Below, piece after piece: positions 18,128 through 33,989 of a stretch of DNA of 64,000 bases. The notes under the pieces are model-generated. The model did not search any database and was not told where the DNA came from. It saw only the letters and a list, made by a program, of their open reading frames with translations. The translations under genes and the position numbers were made by a program. Source of the stretch: the human T2T-CHM13v2.0 reference genome, Homo sapiens; the NCBI RefSeq assembly GCF_009914755.1, contig NC_060933.1. The stretch is one strand, 5' to 3'. Within the stretch, counting starts at the first letter, position 1, and each line of letters starts with the position of its first letter.

Positions 18128-18525
18128 TTTTATTTAACTTTTAACTTCAGTGTTACATGTACAGGTTTATTACATAGGGAAACTTGTGTCATGGGTGTTT
18201 GTTGTACAGACTATTTCATCACCCAGGTATTAAGCCTAGTACCCATTAGTTATTTTTCCTGAATCTCTCCCTCCTCCCACACTCCACCCTCTGAGAGGCC
18301 CCAGTGTGTGTTGCTCCCCTCTATGTGTCCATGTGTTATCATCATTTAGCTCCCACTTATAAGTGACAACATGCGGTATTTGGTTTTCTGTTTCTGGGTT
18401 AGTTTGCTAAGGATAATGGCCTCTAGCTCCATCGATGTTGCTGAAGAGGACATGATCCTCCTCTTTGTTCTGGCTGCATAGTATTCCATGGTGTATATGT
18501 ACCACATTTTCTTTATTCAGCCTGT
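18128..18525 (-). mobile_element. L1PA (old) 3' end, ~400 bp
   Basis: Homologous to 4430-4810 in this window (CCCAGTGTGTGTTG, GTATTCCATGGTGTATATGTACCACATTTT). Confidence 0.9.
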
Positions 18526-18889
18526 ATGATAAATATTATTTTTTAAAAAATCTTGAGTTCTAAATTCTCCCACTCAGTCATAAAGACAAGTATGAATAAA
18601 TTACTATTTGGTAGTATAATGAAGGTTATAAGGAACATTTTAAAGTAATTTTTCAGAACTGTTTTAGACTATGCTGTTAGGAAATTGTAGTCTCTCTCAA
18701 ATTTAACAGGCATTTAACCAAGCACATTTTTATAATTTGGACATGAAGATTTTTTCCAGGAGCAGTAATGTAGACTCTAATAACATGAGAGCAAGCATGA
18801 GAACAGTATGTAAAGCCAAAGTCACCATCTCTCCTCCTACCCCCTCTTGGTGATTATTCTTAATTTCAGAGTCAAAAATGACTGCCATC

Positions 18890-20102
18890 TTTGCAGTTGA
18901 GAAGCCTAAAAGACATTCCTGACTCTTCTGTCTTCCTCACATTCATGTCTACTTAATCAAGTCAATTTTATCTCTAGAATTTATCTGTATTAACCACCAT
19001 CAACTCCCTGGGCACAGTGACACCATCATGTGGCCAGCTGATCTCGCCCAGCTACTCTTGATGCTGGTATTAGTCTGTTCTCACACTGCTATAAAGAACT
19101 ACCCGAGACTGGGTAATTTATGAAGAAAAGAGGTTTAATTGACTCACAGTTCCACAGGCTGTACAGAAAGCATAGTTGGAGAGGACTCAGAAAATTTACA
19201 ATCATGGCTGAAGGCCAAAGGGAAGCAACCACATCTTCACATGGCTGGCAGAAGGGAGAGAGAGAGCCAAGGGAGAGGTGCTGCCCGCTTTCACACAACC
19301 AGATCTCGTGAGAACTCACTCACTATCATGAAAACAGCAAGGAGAGATCTGCCTCCATAGTCCAATAACCTCCCACCAGGTTCCTCCTCCAATATTGGGG
19401 ACTACAATTCAATATGAGATTTGGGTGGGAACACAGAGCCAAACCATATCAGACCCCTTCCTGTCTATTATCCCCAGTGTATCCACAGTTCTCTTTGAGA
19501 TGGAAGTCTGATCATGTCATCCACAGGTCAAAATGGTGTTAATGGCTTCCCATTATCTCGGTGGTGTCAAGGACTTCTGGTTATTCCAATGCCTAGGAGA
19601 TAAAGTCCAAAGACTCAGCTAGGCCTCTAAAATCCTGTATGGTCTTTCTGTGTCCCCCCAAGTCACCATGCACAGGGCTCCCCACTCTGCTCACTGTGCC
19701 ACACCAGCCTTCACTCAGGCCCCCAACACTCCTTGCTCTCCTGCCACAGCGATTTCACATAAGCCATTTCTACTTTCTGAATTGCTCTTCTCACTACAAA
19801 AACTCTCACATTAATTTTTTCATCCTGCAGGTCCCAGCTCAAATGTCATTCCTCAGAGAAGCAATCCTGACTCCCTAGAGTAAGTCAGGTTCTGCTATTT
19901 TATGCTTCCAATGAATCATATGTCTTTTTAAAATCACTAATCACAGCTTTAATTTTGCCAATATTTGTGTATTTGATTAAAGTAGCTCTCCCCAAATAGA
20001 CTATATGTTCCTTGAGGTCAAATTTATATCTGATTTGCTCACCTCTTTACCCCCAGCTCCACACCCAGTCCAAAACATTTGTTGGGAGAATAAATAAATA
20101 AT
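18890..20102 (+). mobile_element. L2 LINE 3' region, split by an MST LTR
   Basis: AATGGCTTCCCATT, CAGCTCAAATGTCATTCCTCAGAGA, TAGACT...TCCTTGAGG and CATTTGTTG...AATAAATAAAT are typical L2 3' motifs. Confidence 0.7.
19066..19451 (-). mobile_element. MaLR solo LTR (MSTA-like)
   Basis: GTATTAGTCTGTTCTCACACTGCTATAAAGAACTACCCGAGACTGGGTAATTTAT...CAAACCATATCA. Confidence 0.88.
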
Positions 20103-20679
20103 GGTTGAACACTTTTGTGAGTTGAGACCTTCTTGGTAAAGGGAACATAGGCGTGAGCTGAAGTCATTGCTCCCAAAGGGCTCTATTCCAATATAGGGAG
20201 ACTATTTCAAACAAAAACATAAATGTGTTATAGGTCAATTGAGAAGAAAAGGCAGGTCCACAGGTAAGAGAGTAACCCATGGGTAGAAGAAATTCAGCTT
20301 TACCCTGACTGGTCATAGAAGGTGTTCCCGAGAAGCTATCTGAGAATTTTACCAGCCAGGTATTAGACATATCCTTTGTAATAAAAGCCATGGTGAGAGA
20401 ATTTACACAATAGAAATCAGCAAATGCTACAAATCAGGGGTTTCATTCCTTTTGTTTTAGAGAGCCCATTTAGCTTCACACTACAAGTCTCATTCTTTAA
20501 AAATCAGTCCTTTATTTTCAGTTAAGATTTACATATGTTGGGAGTAAGATGCCAGCACATATCCAAATAGATATGTCCACTATAACTATTTTAGTAATGG
20601 TGACAAGAAAATGTATCTTGGTCAACTATGGTTACAGGTAGAACAATTTCTCCCCTTAATATTTATCTAAAAAAAACCT

Positions 20680-21520
20680 TTTATTAACAGGCTTGATGAG
20701 GTTAAAATTTATGTAAAATTAACTGCACACGTATAAAGTATACAATTTAACAAGCATAGGCACATACATACATCCATGAAACCAACACCACTCTCAAGGA
20801 GGGGAACTCATCCACCACACTCTCAAGTTTCCTTTGTCCTTTGGCAATGCTTGTTTTTGTAATCACTTTGTACCCACTCCTTCTTAGGCAACTGTTTATT
20901 TCTTTTCTGTCACCGTAGATTGGTTCGAATTTTCTAGAATTTCATAGAAATACAATTTTTACAGTATATACTCTTTTTTCCTGCCTTTTTTCACTCACCG
21001 TATTTATTTATTTTATTTAATTAATTTATTTTTTTGAGATGGAGTCTCGCTCTGTCGCCCAGGCTGGAGTGCAGTGGCACGATCTCGGCTCACTGCAAGC
21101 TCTGCCTCCCAGGTTCATGCCATTCTCCTGCCTCAGCCTCCTGAGTAGCTGGACTACAGGTGCCTGCCACCACGCCCGACTAATTTTTTGTATTTTTAGT
21201 AAAGACGGGGTTTCACCATGTGTAAACCAGGATGGTCTCAATCTCCTGACCTTGTGGTCTGCCCGCCTTGGCCTCCCAAAGTGATGGGATTACAGGCATG
21301 AGCCACCACACCTGGCCACCATATTTATTTTGAAATTAACTCATTTGCATTAATAGTTCATTCCTTTTAAATATTGGATTACTATTCCATTGGACGGTTA
21401 TACTACAAGCATTTATCTATTCAACAGTTGATGAACATCTAGGCTCATTTCTTACTATTAAAAATAAAGCTGCCATAAACATTTGTGTACAAATAGTTCT
21501 GTGGACATTTGTATTTATTA
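20680..21520 (-). mobile_element. Old L1M (L1ME/MD-like) 3' fragment, split by an AluY
   Basis: AAAGTATACAATT...CATCCATGAAACCA...TTTCTAGAATTTCAT...TATTCCATTG...GCTGCCATAAACATTTGTGTACA. Confidence 0.7.
21010..21316 (-). mobile_element. AluY
   Basis: TSD CACC(G/A)TATTTATTT at 20996-21009 and 21317-21330, with one CpG-type mismatch. Confidence 0.92.
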
Positions 21521-22664
21521 GGCTTTTTTATTCTGTAGTATTAATGCTTTGACATCTTGGTGCCTTACTGACTCACTGATAAACTTTTTCTTCAATAGGA
21601 ATGTAACCAAGTGAGTAATTAAGACAAAATGTGAAAGCAGTTTAATATTTGTCTAGTCTTACACAAGAATTTTTCTGTCTCATTTTTCAACTATAAGAAA
21701 AAGTACTAAAGATTAATTTATTCAAAATTTGGAACTTTCTCCCTTATTTTTGCCAAAATATCACACTGAAGGATTTTGTTGTTGTTATAAATGTTGAGAG
21801 GTATGCATTTTTGTATTCCTATGAAATGTCATAGATATGAAATACTACATTCTAGGGAATATTTTAAAACAAAATATGACAGCTTTTCTAGCATTAACTA
21901 TTAATGGCTATAAAAAATTAGCATTATCTTTGTGCTTGGCTGCTCAGCTTTGTGTTGAGATAAACTACATGTTAGGTAGGAATGACAGCCAACTTACAAT
22001 TAACATTTTTCATATATATTTGCTCAAGGGTATATTTTACCAAAAATTGTAATAATGCTTTTAATGTAGGTTTCAATTTTCTTCCAAAATGAACTAAAAG
22101 GATTTTTTTTCTGGTAATCAGAAAAAGAGAATGTGATAAGTTTCATTTATATTGAGTAATAAATTATAGTAGGCAGGTGTTTGCTTGCTATCTGTCCTTC
22201 ATTGACACATTAGTCAATGGATTCATGCATAGTAAATTATCAGTTAATGTATTCTGGCCCACAACATACTCAAAATGCTTTAGACTGTGAAGATTCTTTC
22301 TATATAACCTTAAAAAAGCCCTAGTTTAGGAGAAAAGGTACATGCCTTGGGCATGGCATTATATTCATAAAGAGTTGTGATTTTTTAAAAAACTCCCTTT
22401 TTATGAAATTATTTTCTCTACTAAACTGTTATGAAAATGCTACCATTTTAACTAGAGAAAGAAAATCCAAATTTGAGAGAATGGACTATTTTTTATTCAG
22501 TTTACTTAAAATCTGCCCAAGATTTCTGAAACTTAGCTCAAATGACAAATTAAACCTAATACAAAAGGGCAGATTCAAGGGCATGAAGGATGAAGTACAT
22601 GGGCCTTGAAGTCAGGAAAACCAAGCGTCTAACAGGCTTTTGCCAACAAATTGGGTAACATTAG

Positions 22665-23242
<578 letters not shown>

Positions 23243-24714
23243 TGGCCTGAGGTATATTTTTAAAAATAATTGATCACCATAATGTAGAGCCTAATTAACG
23301 TGCTGTCTGCTATAATCCATATGGATTGCAGGCATTTCTCTGCTAAAATGTGCTAAAGTGAGCCAGAGCAAGCAGCGGCTCCTGCCTGCTGGAGGATCAG
23401 TCCCTGCCCTCTGTCTCTATGCCAGGCCGGAGCTAGCTCCTGCTGCTCTCACAGCCAGGTGACAACCCCATTTGCTGGAACCAACATGCAAATAAGTCGT
23501 TTTATTCAGTCTACCAACTCTGCCACAGAAAATAAAAAGTTTATACTGTGTTCTTTCAGAATATGATTTTCTAAATTAATTCAACAGGAAATAAATAACA
23601 GAAATAGTTTACCACAAGTAATACCCTATAGTGACATTTGTTGTTGCACAGTCTCTATTATCTCTTAGAACCAAAAATACCCAGATATTGTGACCTAAAA
23701 TCTAATCTTTCAAGATGCTTCAATAAAAGAATTAGCAATGGTCAAGTAAATGTAGTAACTGCTGCATTTCTACATTATTTTTGGAGATTTTAAATGTTTA
23801 CCAGGTTAAGGGTTCAAAGAAGACTTCTGTTTCAAATTAGCGTTTACCAGATGTAATTGACTGTGGACATGTTTTTACATAAAATTTATTAGCACACACA
23901 TGGTAGAATTAGTTCAGAAGAAAAGCACATCTGTCAGTAAATGTTCAGTACAAGCAGGCCAAATATGAAATATCTCATTTTATATCCAAACCTCTAGAAT
24001 CAGTTAAAATCTGGAACTTGCTCATTTAGTCGCTTTAATAACTTTTTAAAGGTCTACATTTTTTTTTAGAATTGCATCTATCACCTGGTGACTTTTGAAA
24101 TCATTTTATACATTTTATATTTTAAAAATATGAGACCATTTATTGTTTTTACCTACAGACCATGACATTCAATGTTGCCTATGGCTGATCACCCACCCAC
24201 TCCATCCCCACCATTAACTGTCCTGGCCTCTTTGTCACTCTGTATTCTATATATTGGAGATCTATATCCATTATTTCAGTTTCCTGAACCCACTGAGTTC
24301 TTCCATCAATTGCCATTTCCTCTGCTTGGAATGTGTTAATTCCCTCTCTCTTTACAGGATGGGCTTCTATAAAGCCATCCATAAACCAGCATCATAAGAC
24401 AGAATTTGAATTTTCAGTGTGACATCAGCATGATGGTGAAATAGGCATTTTCAGCACTCATCTCACAGAAAAATCAATTTGAACAACCATCCATGAATGA
24501 AAATACCTTTGCAAGAGCTAAGGAATCCAGGTCAGAGATTACAGCACCTGGATAGAGTATAGAAATAAGAAACGGCACATTGAATAAGGTAAGAAGGACA
24601 GTATTGCATTACCCGTGTGACATCTACCCCAAGTTTGCACATCACAGTAGAGAGAGAGATACCTTTTGCATAGGGAAAGGAAAGTGAAGTGAGTGCCTGA
24701 CTCTCACATGGATT

Positions 24715-25690
24715 TTGGCACCAGACTCCTACCAGTGAATCTTGGCACAAAGCCGGTCCCATTGTTCCAGGCTACAGACCCACCTTCATGGTCTCAGGCA
24801 CCAGACCTGTTCCCATGGAATCAGGTACCAGTGTGCCCTAATACCAGTGTGACTAATGCCAGACTGATCCCTGTGGTCTCAATATGTGGCTCATTTTCAT
24901 AGACTTAGCTTCCAGACTCACCCCAGCACCAGTTCAGCTTCCAGGTTCGCCCCAGCACCAGGTCAACCTTTGCATCCCCAAGCTGCAGGCCAATACCTGC
25001 ACCAGGTTAGCCTCTGTGGCCCCAAGATCTAGACCAGCCCTTGTGGCCTCCAGGCCCCAGGCCAGCTCACATGACCTCAGGCAACAGGCCCATCCAGAGC
25101 CATGCTGGCACCCACACCTTCAAGCTCCAGGATGGCCCCTGCAGCTCTAGGCTCCAGCATAAGGTCAACCCCTATGGACCCAATTCCAGGCCTGTTTTCA
25201 TGGTCTTAGGTACTAGGCTTTTCCCAATGGAATCAGATATGAGGCCTGTCTCAGTTGACCCTAGGGCCAGGCTGCTGCCATAGATTCTATACTGAACCCA
25301 GCCTCATAAACTCAGGTTCTGGGCCCACCCAGTACCAGAATAGCCCCTATGAACTCAGGCTCAAGGACCTTCCCAGTGCCAGATTGGCCTTATGGACTCA
25401 GGCTCCAGGCCTATCCCTGAAGACCAAGTCTACTCTCGTGGGCTCTGGTACCAGGCCAGTCACCTCAGACCCAGGAGCCAGTCCACACCCACAGACCCAG
25501 GATCCAGACCCACCCATGTAGACCCATGCTCATAGTCCACTGAGTGGACTGGGGCTATAGGCCTGCCCCCACAGGCCAAGGCACCAGGCCAACCGTTGCG
25601 GACTCAAGAGCCAGGCCCACATGCCCACTGACCTAGGCACCAGGCCAGCCCCCTAAAATAATCCCACCCATGGACCATGCCAGTTGGCCT
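24715..25690 (+). repeat. Degenerate ~30-bp tandem array in the L1 5'UTR
   Basis: Recurring CAGGC(T/A)CCAGGCC(A/T)GCCCC...(A/G)TGGAC units with strong C/A skew. Confidence 0.7.
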
Positions 25691-26376
25691 TCCCAGAATC
25701 TCCGGACAAGCTGACTGGTAAAAGGATTTCCCACTGAAGTGTCTGTAAATACTGTAAGAGGTGCCTACTTCTTCAAATATGAATACACCAAGGCAAAGCC
25801 ACAAGGAACATAAATAATCCGGGAAACATGACATCACAAAAAGAATGTAATACCCATAACCAATCTAAAGAAATGGAGATCTATGAACTTCCTGAAGAAG
25901 AATTCAAACTAATTGGCTTGAAGAAGCTCAATGAACTACACAAGAAGACACAGCCAACCAAACAAAATCAGGAAAACAATGTGTGAATAAAATGAAAAGT
26001 TTGACAGAGAGAAAACATAAAAAATAACCAAACAGAAATTCTGAAGCTGAAGAACATAATGACTGAACTGAAAAATTTCAGAGATCTTCAACAGCAAACT
26101 TGATAAAGCAGCAGAAAGAGGCAGTGACCTCAAACACTGCTTATTTGAAATTAACCAGTCAGAGGAACAAAAGAAAAAAAGAATGAAAAGAGTGAAGAAG
26201 ACCGACAGGATTTATGGGCCACCATCAAGCAAACCTAATATGCATTAAGAAAGTCCTAGAAGGAACAGAGAAAGAGAAAGAGGAAAAAGGCTTCTTTAAG
26301 AAAATAACAGAAAATTTCCCAAATCTGGAGAAGTATATGAAAATCCAGACCAATGAGTTCAAAGAATTTCAAATAG

Positions 26377-26583
<207 letters not shown>

Positions 26584-26883
26584 TAATATATAAAAATCCC
26601 TAACACATACTTAGAAGTAAATTTAATAAATAAATTTAAAAATTAAAAAAGTAAATTTAATCAATAAGGTAAAAGGTATGTACACTGAAAACTATAAAAT
26701 ATTGATGGAAGAAATAAGACACAAATAAATGAAACAATATCCTGTGATAATGGATTGAAAGAATTAATATTGTCAAAATGTTCATACTACTCACCATGAT
26801 CTACAGATTCAATGAAATATTTATCTAACTTCCAACAGCATTTTTCACAGAAATACAAATAACAATGTTAAAACTTACATGGA

Positions 26884-27277
<394 letters not shown>

Positions 27278-28736
27278 TTACAGAGTTATAGCCATCAAAC
27301 ACGATGGTATTGGCATGCATCAAAGGTATAGACCATTTAACAGAACAGAGAGCTCAGAAATAAATCCATACAATTACAGTAAATTGATCTTTAACAAAGG
27401 TGCTAAGAACCCAGAATGGAAAACATAGTCTCTTTAGCAAAAGGTGTAGGAAAAACTGGATATCTACATGCAGAAGAATGAAATTGGACCCTTGTCTCAC
27501 ACCACACGCAAAAATCAACTCAAAATGGATTAAAAATTTAACACCTAACAATGTAAAAATACTGGGGGAAAACCTTCGTAACATTATTCTGTGGAATAAA
27601 TTTTTGGATACGACTCCAAAAGCACAGGCAACAAAAGCAAAAATAGACAAATGGGATTACATCAAACCAAAACACTTCTTCATAGCAAAGGCGATAATCA
27701 ACAAAGTGAAGAAACAACTTATAGAATGGGAGAAAATATTTGCGAGCCATACATTTGGTAAGGGGTCAGTATCCAACATACATACTAAAATCATACAACT
27801 CAATTTCAAGAAAACAAATAACCCAGTTTTTAAAATGGGCAAGGGACTTAAGTAGACATTTCTCCAAAGAATATATCTATTTGGCCAACAAATGTATGAA
27901 AAAATTTTATAATATATTTGTATTATATCAATATCAATATATTGATATATCAAAATCACTAGTCATCAGAAAAAAATGTAAATCAAACCACAGCGAGGTG
28001 TAATTTCATACATCTAGAATGGCTATCATAAAAAAGATTAAAGATAAGTGTTGATGAAGGTGTGGAGAAATGGGAACCCTTGTACACTGTTGGTGAGAAT
28101 GTTACTTAGTACCCCTATTATGGAAAACAGTGTAGGTTTCTGTGATGACTGGTTCTTCCAAAACAGCTTTCTAAAAAAATTAAAAATAAACTACCATATC
28201 ATTAAGCAATACCACTAGTGGTTATATATCCAATGGAAATGAAATCACTATCTCGAAGAGATAACTGCACTCCCATATTCAATACAACATTATTCATAAT
28301 AGTTAAAATATGGAAACAACCTGAGTGTCTGTCAACAAGTCACTGGATAAATAAAATGTAGTATTTGTGTACCATGGAATATGATTCAGTCTTGGAAAAG
28401 AAGGAAATCCTCTCATTTGTGACAATGGATGAAGCTGGAGGACATTATAGTGAGTGAATTAAACCAGGCACAGAAACACAAATACTGAATGATCTTACTT
28501 ATAGATGCAATCTAAAAAGGAAAAAAAAAAAAAGTGAAACCTACAGATGTAGACAGTAGGATGATAGTTACCAGGGGACAGAAGATGGGAAAAATGGGGA
28601 GATGTTGGCTAAAGGGTACAAAGTTTCTGTTATACAGGATAAATAATTTCTGGAGATTTTATTTACAGCATGGTGACTATAGTTAATACTGTATTATATA
28701 CTTGGAATCTGCTGAAAGCAGTTCTCAGATGTTCTC

Positions 28737-28772
28737 ACCACACACACACACACACACGCACACCACACACAC
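28737..28772 (+). repeat. (CA)n microsatellite in L1 3'UTR
   Basis: CACACACACACACACACGCACACCACACACAC. Confidence 0.85.
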
Positions 28773-28870
28773 AAATGGTGACTATTTGAGGTGATGCATA
28801 TGTTCATTAGCTTGGTAGTGGTATCATTTCACAATGTATATGTGTATCAAAACATCAGATTGTATACCTT

Positions 28871-29199
<329 letters not shown>

Positions 29200-29373
29200 T
29201 TACATGCCCCTGGCTCTGCTTTCTTGGACACAAGCTGCCTGACTCTAGGAAGATGCCAACACCTTGTCCATAGTCTCACTACAACCATTTCCTTACAGCA
29301 CTGAAAATCATTTACACTTGCTTGTTTACCAAGTTGTTTCCTTGTTATTGTCTCTCCTTCACTGGATAAATAA

Positions 29374-29672
<299 letters not shown>

Positions 29673-31385
29673 AGATAGCAGATATAATAGCCCCATGTCT
29701 GTTTCTTCACTGCTACATCAAAATACCCAGCATAGTGTCTGGCACACAGTTGGACACTGGGTGAAGATTTATTGAATGGGGAGTGAATTCTGTAGGGGAA
29801 TTAGGAATTGAACCAGGAGTGCCTTTTGGAGATACTTAACCTCCAGTGTCTGAGGCTAAGAATGATCTGAGAAAACTGAAGCATGGACTAAAAAGCAGTG
29901 CTGAATGAAGCTAAGAAGAAATATAATGTGGTTGTCAATCTCCTGAATCTTCTGTTTATCAGGCCAAGCATCCTGTGGGTAGAAGTTCAGCCTTTCAGAA
30001 CCCAAAAGTCACTCACTGGACTCAGGCATGACTAAAGATTCCGTCATATGAAAAGCAAGGGAAGATAACCCAACTCTTCTGTAGACTCAGTCCCTTCATC
30101 CACAGCATGAAGCGATTGAATGAGGAGACCTATGATGTCATCTGGCCTCGACAGGCTATGATGAAATAACTTTAAATTGGGAAATTCTCTGATTTGAAAA
30201 GGGGATTTTCTGCTCTGACATAAGCCTGCCAGACACTTTTGTTTAAGTTGGGACACTTTCCTCATGCCAAATGCCTGCCATGTAGGTATTACACCATTGT
30301 AATAGACAGAGCTGCATGCAGACATCCTAGAGAAACAGGTCATGCTGAAGCTGGCCTACCTCAAGAGGCTCTACTGTGACTGTCACAGTAGATACGGGCA
30401 TGGGACCTGGACAGGGAAAAAGAGCAGCTGAATAATGTTAACAGTGGTGGTAACTAGGGTAGGATGCAATAGTCCACACTAGTTATTTGTATAAATTTTA
30501 TATTACAATTTTAAATCAATACCTTTCCTCCTCTGCACCTACAACTTGACAATGACTGATTTTTTAATGTTTCTAGAATTTGGCCTTTTCCAGAATCCCT
30601 TATCATTAAAATCATACAGTATATCATCTTTTCAGACTGGCTTCTTTCACTGAGCAGTGTGCATTTAAGGTTTTGCCATGTATTTTCATGGCTTGATGAT
30701 TAACTTTTTTATTGCTGACTAATATTTCAGTGTGTACATACCAAGTTTGTTTACCCTTACACAATTTGAATGATGATTGGTTCCTTCCAATTTTTGGCAA
30801 TTATGAATCAAGCTGCAATAAGCATTTATATGCAGCTTTTGTGTGGACATGTATTTTCAACCCATTTAGGTAAATACCTAGGAGTGAAATCGTTGAATCA
30901 TTTGGCAAGACTCAAACTGTGTTCCAAAGTGGTTGCATCATTTTGCATTCCCACCAGGAATGAATGACAGCTTCTGGTGCTCCATATCCTTGTCAGAAAT
31001 TGGTATTGTCAGGTTTTTTTTTTATTATACCCATTCTAATAGGTGTATAGCTTCTCGATACTGTTTTAATTTGTAATTAACTAATGACATATGATGTTGA
31101 GCAACTTGTAAATGTTTATTTGCCACGTGTATAACATCTTTGGTGAGATATCTATTCAGATCTTCTGTTTCCTTTTTTTAATTTTAAGAGTTTTTGTATA
31201 TTTTGGACATCAATTATTTATCATTTATGTGTTTTGCAAAAATGTTTCCTAATTTTTTGCCTCTCCATTCTCTGAATAGTCTCAGAAATTTTTAATTTTA
31301 ATGAAATTCACCTTTTTAAAAAATTTTATGGATCGAGGATTCAGTGTTGGATGTAAAAAGTCGCTGCCAAATAAAAAGTCACCTA

Positions 31386-31529
31386 TGCTATAATCTCAGC
31401 TACTCCACAGGGTAAGGCAGGAGGATTACATAAGCCCAGGAGCTCAAAGCTGCAGTGAGCCATGATAGCACCAACCACACTCCAGCCTGGGCGACAGAGC
31501 GAGATCTCAACTCAAAAAAAAAAAAAAAA
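31386..31529 (+). mobile_element. FRAM / AluJ right monomer
   Basis: GGCAGGAGGATT...GCCCAGGAG...GCTGCAGTGAGCCATGAT followed by poly-A. Confidence 0.85.
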
Positions 31530-32773
31530 TCATGTAGCTCTTCCCCTGTGTTATCTCAGTTATCTTATAGGAATTTTATAGTTTTGTGTTTTAATTTTGG
31601 TCTGTGACACATTTAAATTAATTTTTGTAAAATGTATAAAGTCTGTGTTTAGATTCAATTTTTTTTTGGTATGTGAATGTCCAGCTGTTCCAGCATAAAT
31701 TCTTGAAAAGATTTTTTGTACATTGACTTTCCCCTGCTACTTTGTCAAAGATCTGTTGACTATGGTTGTGTGCACCTACTTATGAACTCATTATTCTGTT
31801 CTCTTGACCTATTTTTCTATACTTTCACCAACACCACTCTGTCTAGATTACTAGCTTTATAGCAAGTCTTGAAGTTGGGTGGTATATGTTCTCTGATGGT
31901 GCTATTTTCCTTCAACATTGTGTTGACTATTGTAGGTCTTTTGCCTTCTCATATACATTTTAGGCTCAGTCTCACAATATTCACAAAATAACTTGTGAGG
32001 ATTTCAGTCGAGGGATTTATAGATCAAATTGGGAATTAACAATATTGAGTTTTTCTATACATGAACATGGAATGTTTCTCAATTTGTTGAATCTTCTTTG
32101 ACTTTTTTGATGAGTTTCATAGTTTTCCTCTTATAGATCTTGCTCACATTCTGTTAGTATTTCTTTTTCTTCAATGCTAATATAATCGGTATTGTTTTTA
32201 ATTTCAAATTCCAATTGATCATTACTAGCATAAAGAAAAGCAGTTGACTTTCATATATTATACATGTATCTTGAATTATTGCTATAATCATTTAGTTCCA
32301 GAATTTTTTTTCTATTGTTGATTCTTTGAGATTTTCTGCATAGACAATCATATCATCTGTGAACCAACAGAATTTTATATTGTCCTTCTTAATCTGTATA
32401 CCTTTTCTTTTCTTGTCTTGTCTGTTTGCATTAGCTTGGTCTGCTGGTATGACTTGAATAGAAGTACTGACAGAAGACACCCTTGCCTTCTTCCTGATCT
32501 TAGCATCTTTACAGGAAAGCATTTATTCTCACCATTAATTATGATATCAGTTGTAGGGTTTTTTTTTTTTTACAGATGTTCTTTTTGAGGTTGAGGATAT
32601 TCCTCTCCATCTTAGTTTGCTGAGAATTTTTAAATCATGAATGGATGTTGGATTTTGTCAAATTCTCTCGCTGCCTCCATTGATATAATCAGTATGAACA
32701 TATGGTTCATTTTCTTCAGGCTGTTGATATGATGGGTTGCATTAAATGATTTTCAAATGTTGAGTCAAACTTG

Positions 32774-33591
32774 TAAAGCAGTATATTTCCCTGACCCCTT
32801 CATGGGTAGGAACTGGAGTGCATGAGTGCCTGCAGGGGCGAACTCCATTCACTTGCTGCTCCACCCCTCGCCGGAGGGGGAGCGCAGGTGTAGGTGTAGG
32901 AGCTGGGGCAAGTGCTTTTGGGCACCAGCAAGAGTAAACTCTGTACTGACCCTGTGGCAGCATCTAGGGGAGGGTGCCCGCGACCCCTGAACCCCCAGAG
33001 AAAGTGTTACAGTGCCCTTTTAGCTTTGCCATTCATGGAGGGCTAAAGTGTTAACAGCTCAGTGGAGGGTCAGTGTGACACCCTTTTGCACCCACACTCA
33101 GGGCACCTGAGTTCTTGTCTGACATCCAGGAGGAATGAGGTTGCACAAAGAAATTGAAGATGGTAAATGGGGATTTTATTGCCGTTGAAAGTGGCTCTCA
33201 ACAGGAAGGGGAGCTGAAAAGGGGTCAGAGCAGGAAGGTAATCTTCCCCTGGAGTCTGGCTGTCCGCAGCTGACTCTTCTCCAAAGCTACGCCATCAAGC
33301 TGCTTCTAATGTCCCTCTGAAGTCAAGCTGCTTCTCTCCGATGTCTAGCCGTAGTCTCCAATGCCCAGCTGCATCTCCTCTTTCTGCCGGCTGAGCTCTG
33401 GGGTTTTTATAGGCACAGGATGGGAGGTGGAGCCATGGGTGGTTTAGGAAAAGGCAACATTCGAGGGGGAAAACAGGGATGTAAGTTCTCACTTTGGGCC
33501 GTGGTCCAGAGGCTTTTTGGCTTGAGGGTGGGGCCCTCCTGGGGGACCCACCCTCTTCTGCCCAGAATTTCCCTGCATCCTGTCCCTATCA
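32774..33591 (-). mobile_element. ERV1 solo LTR (LTR1/LTR27/LTR28/MER52 group)
   Basis: The minus strand begins TGATAGGGACAGGATGCAGGGAAATTCTGGGCAGAAGAGGG. 4-bp TSD CTTG at 32770-32773 and 33592-33595. The host L1 is contiguous across it. Confidence 0.82.
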
Positions 33592-33667
33592 CTTGTATAC
33601 TCAGAATAAATCTCCCTTAGTCATGGTGTATAATTCTTTTCACACAGTGTTGGATTCAGTTTGCTAT

Positions 33668-33985
33668 TTTTTTTCCAGCTTTATTGAAGTGTAACAGACA
33701 AATACGAATTTACATATACTCAAAGTACATAGTGATTTGGTATATGTACACATTGTAAAATAATTACCATAGTCAACATAATTAACATAACCATCATTTC
33801 ATATAGTTACCATTGTGTGTGTGTGTGCTGTTTCCTAAATTTTTGTGTGTGTTTTTTAGTTTTTAGACTTCTTAAAATCTTATTTTTAATGTATAAATAA
33901 CAGTTGCATATATGTGTGGGATACAATGTGATGTTCTGATATATGTTTACATTGTGAAATGAATAAGTCATGTTTAATTAACAAA
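33668..33985 (-). mobile_element. Two adjacent L1MA 3'-end fragments
   Basis: AGCTTTATTGAAGT...TACACATTGT...CATATAGTTACC, then GGATACAATGTGATGTT...TTACATTGTGAAATGA. Confidence 0.65.
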
Positions 33986-33989
33986 TTCA

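Larger units (their letters stand above)
30520..33668 (-). mobile_element. L1M (MC/MD-like) ORF2-3'UTR fragment, split by an Alu monomer and an LTR
   Basis: ORF 32292 (KGIQIKKDNIK...FTDDMIVYAENLKES) carries the L1 RT motif. 3'UTR motifs at 30520-30900. Confidence 0.82.

Noticed and set aside
24715-25690. Array-like repeat as a possible CRISPR or novel array
   Set aside because: The context is eukaryotic, the units are degenerate with no constant repeat/unique spacer pattern, there are no cas genes, and it is contiguous with L1 ORF1.
30044-30343. 99-aa minus-strand ORF in unique sequence
   Set aside because: No recognisable motif or exon boundaries. The length is compatible with chance.
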